From Octopus sinensis (Eukaryota), in assembly GCF_006345805.1 (NCBI RefSeq), contig NC_043013.1, positions 46,314,001 to 46,378,000 of the forward strand: a stretch of 64,000 nucleotides of DNA, written 5' to 3'. The position numbers and the translations under genes are program-made. The notes beneath the pieces are model-generated. The model did not search any database, had not been told where the DNA came from, and was given only the letters and a program-made list of their open reading frames with translations. Positions 54,598 to 64,000 of the stretch are shown here, in pieces (within the stretch, counting starts at the first letter, position 1; each line of letters starts with the position of its first letter).

Positions 54598-55030
54598 ATA
54601 TATAATATATTTAAATATATATATTACATATATATTTATATAATATATATATAAAATAATATATATTTAAATATATATATTACATATATATTTATATAAT
54701 ATATATATATAAATATATATATATAAATATATATTACATATATATTTATATAATATATATATAAAATATAGATATACATATATATTTATATAATATATAT
54801 ATAAATATATATATATATAAATATATATATACACTATATAAATATAATAATATATATATATACATATATACATATTATATACATATATATATTATATAAT
54901 ATATATATTATATAATATATATATATATATATATTATATATTATATATATACATAATATAAATATATATAATATATATATATTTATTATAAATATATATA
55001 TATAATACATATATATTATATGAATATATA
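54520..55030. repeat. Near-pure A/T minisatellite
   Basis: Unit similar to atatatattacatatatatttatataatatatatataa repeated several times. Confidence 0.9.
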
Positions 55031-55655
55031 TAAATATCTATATATATATAATATCCCACATATACACACACATATATGTATACACACACACATATATATA
55101 CACACATGCATATATATACACACATGCATATATATACACACATGCATATATATATATGTATATATCTATATTTATCTATATATATATATATATGTATATA
55201 TATATGAATGTATATATGTATGTGTTATGACTACCCAGTGAACAAGTATTTTATTATAAATTTGACTCTATTCTTATGTTTGAGTCACCCCCATGTTTTC
55301 TGGTTGTCCTTTAACTAGCTTTAAATTAATAAGCCCCATTTAACATCCATACCTATTCATACATGTGTGTGCATTTATGTAAGTGTACATATACATACAT
55401 ACACACACACACACACACATATACGTGTGTGTATGTGTATGCCTGTATATTTCCCTTGAGTTTGTTCTCACACATGTAGGTGAACATGTCTCTATATATC
55501 TATGTATTGGTATGGCTATGTATGCATGTATGTAAAGATATATATACATATACAAACACCATACATATATACATATACACACACACACATATATATATAT
55601 ATAATATATATATACATATACACACACCATACATATATATACATATATACACAAC

Positions 55656-55695
<40 letters not shown>

Positions 55696-56040
55696 CACAT
55701 ATACATATGTATACATACATATATATATATACATATATACACAACATATATATATATATACATACATATATGTATAAATGCAGATATATATCATATGCAT
55801 ACACATATATACATACACACTCATATACATATATTTATACACACACATCTGAATCAGGTTTAAGGTTAATGAACTGCACATGTAGATATTACTAAAATTA
55901 TAAGAATATAATATAACCCGATATCCACCCACCAGCTAAATATTCTTACTTTCCACGTTTCATATCACCTATATTTCAATTTACCAATTCTCACTTCCTC
56001 GTTAGCCATATTCCTAGCTTTATCAATAAATATAAATGAA

Positions 56041-56072
<32 letters not shown>

Positions 56073-56912
56073 AGAATAAGTATCTGGGTGTATATAGATT
56101 GATGAAAATCTCTACAGGAATTTCTTGGAAAATTAAGGAAAATCACCTGAAGTTAAAGCAAACAACTTGGCTAACATTTCTGAAGAGTATATACCCAGAG
56201 TTTTTCCAAACATTTAGCAGCATTAATATCAATAATATTTCAGGATTTTTGAAAAATTTTTGAAGAATGTTAATAAGGATTCATAAAAAAAATATAACAG
56301 TGAAATTACATATATACATAGAAACACACGTGTATGTATACACGCACTTAGGCAGATAGATAAGTTGAGATGTTTCTTGATATTTTTCATGAACAAGATC
56401 TTGTATTTTATACACTAAAAATGTATAATTTGGCACAAATACAGCATCAGATGTTTCGTGAAGAATAAACATAGATTCCAATGATGTATAGTGACCATGG
56501 TGAAGATAATAAATCAATAAATCATACCAAATACCTATATCTATCTATCTATGAATCTATCTTTCTATCTACCTCCCTATCTATCTATCTTTCTATCTAT
56601 CTATCTACCTACCTATATATATATATATATATATACATGTGCTCACACACGTGTGTGTGTAAGTATATACACATACATACACATATATATGTATATATAT
56701 ATATGTATATACACATACACACACATATATATGTATATATATATATATACACATACACACACACACATATATATATACATATACACACACCATACATATA
56801 TATATATACATATATACACATGCACACACATATACATATACACACACTATACATATATATATACTTATATACATATACATATATTAACACACACACACAC
56901 ACACACATATTA

Positions 56913-56974
<62 letters not shown>

Positions 56975-57960
56975 GCAGATATATATCATATGCATACACA
57001 TATATACACACACATATACATATTTACACAGGTTATGAACTGCACATGTCTTGAATGATTTTAAAGTTTTCCTGGGTACTTAGGTCATTTGGTTTCATTA
57101 AGCCAGCAAAAAGTTCAATGCCAGTTTTAAAAATATAATTATTTAAAAGAATTTCAGGTCCTGCTTTTGAAATAAGCCCTAGAAAACCTTTATGCTCACC
57201 ATTATGCCAATAAAAACACTTTTTAATTATGTGCATACATGCATATGCTTGCATATATGTATCTATATTTCTGCATGTAATATATTTATGTCTGTGTGTG
57301 CATATGTAAATACATATTTATGAATGTGTGTGTGTGTGTCTGTTTTTCTTTTCTTTTTTTGTTTGTGTAGGATTGTGTGACTGCCACAAGAAAGAAACTT
57401 TGCTGTTACCAAAGATAAGAGTACTTTTTAAAATTTGGGCACTAGTTAAAACCTTTGATTACTTGATGATGTAATCAAAGATACAAAAGAAAATGAGTTG
57501 GTATTTTCACTCAAAAAAATATGAATGAAATATGAATGAAAATTAAATATCATCATCAAATGAATTTTACCCAGAGAGAAGGCCCTGAAATATTAACAAA
57601 ATCAATTATGGTAGATGTACATTACCGGCGTTTTATGAATAACTAAAATTCAAGTTTTAATTTGATTTTGCATTAGACACTCCTTTCCAGAAAACAAATA
57701 AAATTACATAGTTTTCTTTAGATCACTGAATTATATTTAAAATAAATGAAAGTGCAAAAATATGATGACAAAAAAATATATAAAAACCCCAAAAATTAAA
57801 TCAATTAAAATAATTGACTTTGAGATATGTCATAAGTTTATTAAAGTGAATCTTTTCTGAAATAGGTTGAGAAATATGGAAGTTGTAAACTACTATGAAT
57901 AAAAATTTATATTTAAAGTAAGAAATTATATTGAACATATATACCTCTCCATACATACAT

Positions 57961-58002
<42 letters not shown>

Positions 58003-59180
58003 TATATTATAATAATGTATATACACACACATACATACACATAATATAAGGGGTTCATTCATATGCAGATATGCTAAGATCAGTTATATTCATTTACATC
58101 ATGTTCACCCCTTAGACTAGAAGCAGATATAGAGATGAGCCCATAAATCTCTATCTATACTTAGCAATATGGTATAAGCCCCTTAAAGCGTGTAGCCCCT
58201 TAAGCCTATATCTATAGAGAATGAATACCATTTCTACAAATGACAAGGTAATATAAACACAGGGTACTAAGGTGTAAATGGAGAAAGAGAATCCAGAGAC
58301 AATTTTAAGATCAGTCATACTATGTTCTTATTTATGGAGAAAGGTTTGATTGATGTTTAAGGAAAACCCACAATAAAGGAAAAAGGTTAACATGATGACA
58401 GTTCTAAAGAAGGAAGCTTTGAGTGTAGGAAAACATTAACAATGGTTAAATAGGTGGAAACAACAGTAAATATTTGGTGCAGTACAATATTAGGGGACTG
58501 CTGTAACATAGCCATATTGTGGTATTTTTATGTATAATGGATAAGATATTATGTAACATACATACAGGGTTTCATAATAATTTTGCCACATAGTGATTGA
58601 AACATTACTGCAGATTGAAGACCACAATGTAAAACATATTATCACCCAGGAAGGCATTTTCAGATTATTTTATTGTTACAATGGAGAAAAACTTTAGAAA
58701 ACTGGCAGAATTTATTTCCCTAGTAAGATTATAATAGCAATTTTTAGATTTTTAACTTACACTCTTACAGAATACAGGAAATCAACAAGTATAGCATCTG
58801 GTTAATAGCATTTAATAGTTTAAAATGCCAGGCAGACATAGAGTAAACTTCAATATATTTCATATAACAAATTTCTAAAATACATGGTAAGATAAATTTT
58901 TAATTTTTACCAATGCTATATATATAAGCTATAGTACAAAATTCATAAAATTTCATCAGATTAAATTAATATATACATACATTTTTGAGAAAATATTATA
59001 TTGGCATTAAATGTATATGTGTAGATTTCATATTCATACCCATACATGTGTACATAATATATATTCACATATATACATATATGAATATCTATGCACCTTT
59101 CTTCTCTGTTTGCTCTCTCTCCCTGAACATATGCACATACATATATATGTACACACAAGTGCATATATGAATGTCATTTC

Positions 59181-59211
<31 letters not shown>

Positions 59212-59701
59212 ATAGAAATTTTAAGTATATGTATATGTGTACATATATATATATATATATACACACACACATAGTATATATATATATATTGTATGTGTGT
59301 GTGTGTATATATATATATATTATATATATATAATATATATATATTATATATAGATATATATATATATATATATAATAAATATATATAGACAGATAGATAG
59401 AAATAGATACTGTATAATATGGAAGGAATAGATGATGAGATAGCATTGTATATGGCAGATGCTATATATTTTTATTGTATATATGTATGCAAGATTATAT
59501 GCATACATATATTTTTATATATAAACGCACACACTATCTTGTATACTATAGGTATATAAAAAATATATGGTATGTATATATAATATATATATACGGGTAT
59601 ATATATATATGTGTGGTATATATATGGGTATATATACATATATATTGGGTATCTTACATATATATATATGGGTATATATATATATTATATATATATATTA
59701 G

Positions 59702-59748
<47 letters not shown>

Positions 59749-59811
59749 CTATATATATTATATAATATATATAATATATATATATATATATTATATATTA
59801 TGTATATATAT

Positions 59812-59889
<78 letters not shown>

Positions 59890-60029
59890 ATTATATATAT
59901 ATATATTGGATATATATATGTATATATATATATATATATTATATTATATATATGTATGTGTATGTATGTATAAAGCTTCGGCATGAAGCCTTCTTTGGTA
60001 GTTTGTGTAACATACTTTGTTAGCTATTT

Positions 60030-60272
60030 TAGGTGGTTATGTTGTGGCAAGTCAGCATAGACACCCTCATCAAATTCCAACTCTTGGACCAGCATAGTAT
60101 CGCAAGGTAGGGACACATGGTGAGAGAATTGCACCAGCAGTTGTGTGGTAGTCATTTTCCTTGGAGTAAACTGGAGCAACATGAAAGGAAGTGCCTTGCT
60201 CAAGATCAAAACGCTTTGTCCAGTCCAGGAATTGAAATCAGGATTTTGAAATTGCAACCCCAACAGTGCAAG
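60030..60272 (-). mobile_element. CORE-like SINE variant
   Basis: Minus strand ttcaattcctggact...ttgagcaaggcactt. Confidence 0.55.
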
Positions 60273-60690
60273 GACACACACATTCACATATATATACATA
60301 CAAGCAGATAGACAGACAGATGGATACATCGACATATATACACATACATACATCCATATATCAATATACATACATTTAAGGAATGTTAGTTATGGCCAGT
60401 TCATAGGGTTACCCAGGGTTTCGTGTCTATACAACGCTTAGCTTTACACACCTCATCATACCATATATGTATGTGGGTGTGTGTGTGTATATACATATGT
60501 GTGTGTATATATACATATGTGTGTGTGTGTATGTATGTATGTATGTATATATATATATAGCATATATTTTTATATATCTTATAGTATACAAGATAGAATG
60601 CATTTATTTATATAAATATATATATATACACACACATATATATATATATGAGTGTGTGTGTGTGTGTGCATGTACAAGGTGTGTGATAGG

Positions 60691-60728
<38 letters not shown>

Positions 60729-60996
60729 GTATGTACAGGTTTCCTGCTGCAAACAGAAAATAAAACCCACAAAAATATGCGTATACACACATATTTTATT
60801 GTAATATTTGGAAGAAGCAATAAAGTGACTTAGGGGCCAACAGTTTTGTGAATTACCTAACACAGAAAACTCTAATCCTTTGAGTCACTCTGTTACTTCT
60901 GGTAAACATTAATCAATATATATGTATGAATAAGTGTGTATATACATTATATGTATAATGTATGTATTATATATATATATATATATATATATATTA

Positions 60997-61148
60997 GTCC
61001 ATTCTGCAAAGTGGTTGGTGTTAAGAAGGGCATCCAGCTGTAATATCCCTGCCAAAACAGAAACAATAGCCTGGGGTTGTTGTCTACCTGGCTGGCTCCG
61101 GTCAACTGTCTTACCCATGCATGCATGGAAGACGGACGTTAAATGATG
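60997..61148 (+). mobile_element. SINE family C 3' part
   Basis: aagaagggcatccagctgta...gacggacgttaaatgatg. Confidence 0.75.
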
Positions 61149-61867
61149 GTATATATATGTGTGTGTGTGTGTGTGTATATATATATGGATAGATATATAT
61201 ATATATAAACATATATATATATACGTATGTATCTATCTATATATATATGCATGTATATATATATATATATATATATAATACATGCATATATATATAGATA
61301 TACATAAACACATATATATATATACATAGATATATATCTATCTATATATACATATGTGTGTGTGTGTGTATGGAAACTTGCGCTTTTGTACGTGCATGAG
61401 TATATACACGCATACATGTATCTATTTAAATGTACAAATATATATATATATATAATGTGTGTGTGTGTGGTGTGTCCATCATCCAACCCATGACAGCATA
61501 AAAAAACAGAAGTTAAATGCTGATGATGAAGCTCCCCATCATCACGTTTCATTTTCTGATGCTGACATGGATCAGACGGAAGTCATTGAGTCAGATTTTC
61601 TATGGCTGGATGCTCTTCATGTCCCCGACTATCATCTATTCTCAAGGAAGGTAATGCATCACCATGGCTATATGTGGTTCTCGTGGAAGTTTGGGAGTGG
61701 GCAACACTGCTTCTTTGACGATGATGCTTAATTGTATATACTGACTGGGTGATGGTACCCAAAGGTACCCAAATACAAAAACACAAAAACATTTACATAT
61801 ATATATATATATATGCATACATTACACACCATAAATACATGTGTGTGTATGTGCATGTGTGTGTGCA

Positions 61868-61906
<39 letters not shown>

Positions 61907-62098
61907 CTAGGTGGCTGTGTTGCAAGAAGTTTCCTTCCTAAGCACATGATTTCAGGCTCAGTCCCACTGCAAGTGTGGCCCTGGACAACCAAAGGCTTGC
62001 ATATGGATTTTGTACAGAACCTGAAAGAAACGTGCAATACACCCTCTCTCTCTCTCCTCATCTCTCTATATATATAATATAATATATTATATATATAT

Positions 62099-62144
<46 letters not shown>

Positions 62145-62179
62145 ATCATGTATATATATATATATATACATATATATAC

Positions 62180-62218
<39 letters not shown>

Positions 62219-62752
62219 TATATATACAATATATTAATTAAGATATATATATATGTGTGTGAATGTTATTGTCCGTTTGTTGAGTGATAGTCATAAATGT
62301 GTGCCATCACCATGCCACTGGTGACCTCCATTTCTAATCTTGTAAGCAAATGTGTCTGGTCACGGGTATATATCACTCCAAATCAGTTGAGTGTTGGCTA
62401 CATGAAGGGCATCTGGCCATAGGAAATTTTGAAAAAACTTTCATGACCTATAAGAGCTTCGAAGCATGGATCGAACAGGAGGATGATATATTACATACAC
62501 ATAAGTATATTTGTATATGTGTGTGTGTGTATATACAAATACACATAAGAATATATATACATGTATGTATGAAACTACCAATCTCCAGATCCACTCACAA
62601 GCTGTTGTTCAGCCTGGGGCTGAATTCAATTGCTGAATGTATTCGTTTGCTAGAACTGAACCTGAGGGTATGTGATCATAAAATAAGCTCTCTAACCATA
62701 CACACAGACCAGTGAGTGTGTATGTGTGAGTGTGTGTTTGCATGCAAGCATG

Positions 62753-62808
<56 letters not shown>

Positions 62809-62972
62809 GGCATGGGTAGGTGCATGCTTTATTGAAGTTTGCTTCCCATCCACATGGTGTTACCTTACCCAAGCGTCTTTCACAAGACCAAAGCTTTGTG
62901 ACTGGAAATTGTGGGAAGCTCATATACATACATACATACATACATACACACATACATACACACAATATATAT

Positions 62973-63004
<32 letters not shown>

Positions 63005-63062
63005 ATATACATCATATAAATATATATATATATACATACATATATATATAAAAATATATATT

Positions 63063-63103
<41 letters not shown>

Positions 63104-63271
63104 GATAGATATATTTATGTATAATAACAAATGGTAAAATTAATTAATTAAGAAGTAATCAGTAATTTCACCAAGTAGAATTCGGCATGAAAAAGACCAT
63201 TTCATGGTAAGCTTAAGTAATACTTTATAATCAAGCAAATCTTTGCTGAACCCTGATTATAAAGATATATT

Positions 63272-63305
<34 letters not shown>

Positions 63306-63574
63306 TATATGTAGGTATATGTATACATGTGTGTGTGCATGTTTGTGTCCCCTTGTCGTGATATTGTGTGACAGTTTTAATCAGTATCACTGTGATAGAG
63401 GTAGTGCTACCCATTTATAATTCAGTGAAAACATGTTGGTGACAGTAAGGGTATCAAGGTGTAGAAAATTTGACACATGCATGCAAAAACTATGTGGGCG
63501 TGTGTGTGTATATATATATATATATGTGTGTGTGTGCGTGTGTGTGTATACATATAAATAGATAGAAAGACAGA

Positions 63575-63632
63575 TTATATAGATGGATAGAGAGATAGAT
63601 AGAGAGATAGATAGATAGATAGATAGATAGAG

Positions 63633-63663
<31 letters not shown>

Positions 63664-63696
63664 CAGACAGATAGATAGATAGACAGATAGACAGAC

Positions 63697-63747
<51 letters not shown>

Positions 63748-63784
63748 CAGACAGATAGATAGATAGATAGACAGACAGATAGAC

Positions 63785-63843
<59 letters not shown>

Positions 63844-63852
63844 TAGATAGAC

Positions 63853-63931
<79 letters not shown>

Positions 63932-63978
63932 CAGATAGATAGATAGACAGATAGATAGATAGATAGACAGATAGATAC
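63575..63978. repeat. (GATA)n/(GACA)n array, ~400 bp
   Basis: Directly visible. Confidence 0.95.
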
Positions 63979-64000
63979 TCATACATTCATACACAGATAT

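Noticed and set aside
59972-60003. Possible decayed hammerhead (ccaaaga-aggc..gcc-gaag), plus a similar trace at 44150-44190
   Set aside because: Too many core mismatches to distinguish from chance.

Overview
Very AT-rich, microsatellite-saturated eukaryotic DNA. The SINE/MITE complement strongly suggests an octopus (coleoid cephalopod); this is inference from remembered repeat families, not a database hit. Almost all ORFs in the supplied track are translations of simple repeats or SINEs. The first ~6.4 kb appear to hold the 3' end of an unidentified + strand multi-exon gene. Its best exons are 3931-4011, 4478-4530/4575 and 6277-6386, which form a phase-consistent chain. The rest is intronic/intergenic, with three abundant tRNA-derived SINE families, two TTAA-flanked MITE families, a Helitron-like element, a fold-back element, remnants of pogo, mariner and maT/DD37D transposases, an RLE-type (R4/Dong-like) LINE tail in (TAA)n, and a ~660 bp tandem duplication that may be an assembly artefact. 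The most interesting signal is at least seven type I hammerhead-ribozyme-like folds with tiny or palindromic stem III (12484, 13065, 31427, 36160/36218, 43931, 47075, 47321). Several sit inside or beside long palindromes. This is the architecture of Penelope-like-element / retrozyme hammerheads that cleave as dimers; most copies here carry core mutations. No rRNA, bona fide tRNA gene or CRISPR array was seen. All structures were derived by eye, so coordinates of degraded repeats are approximate.
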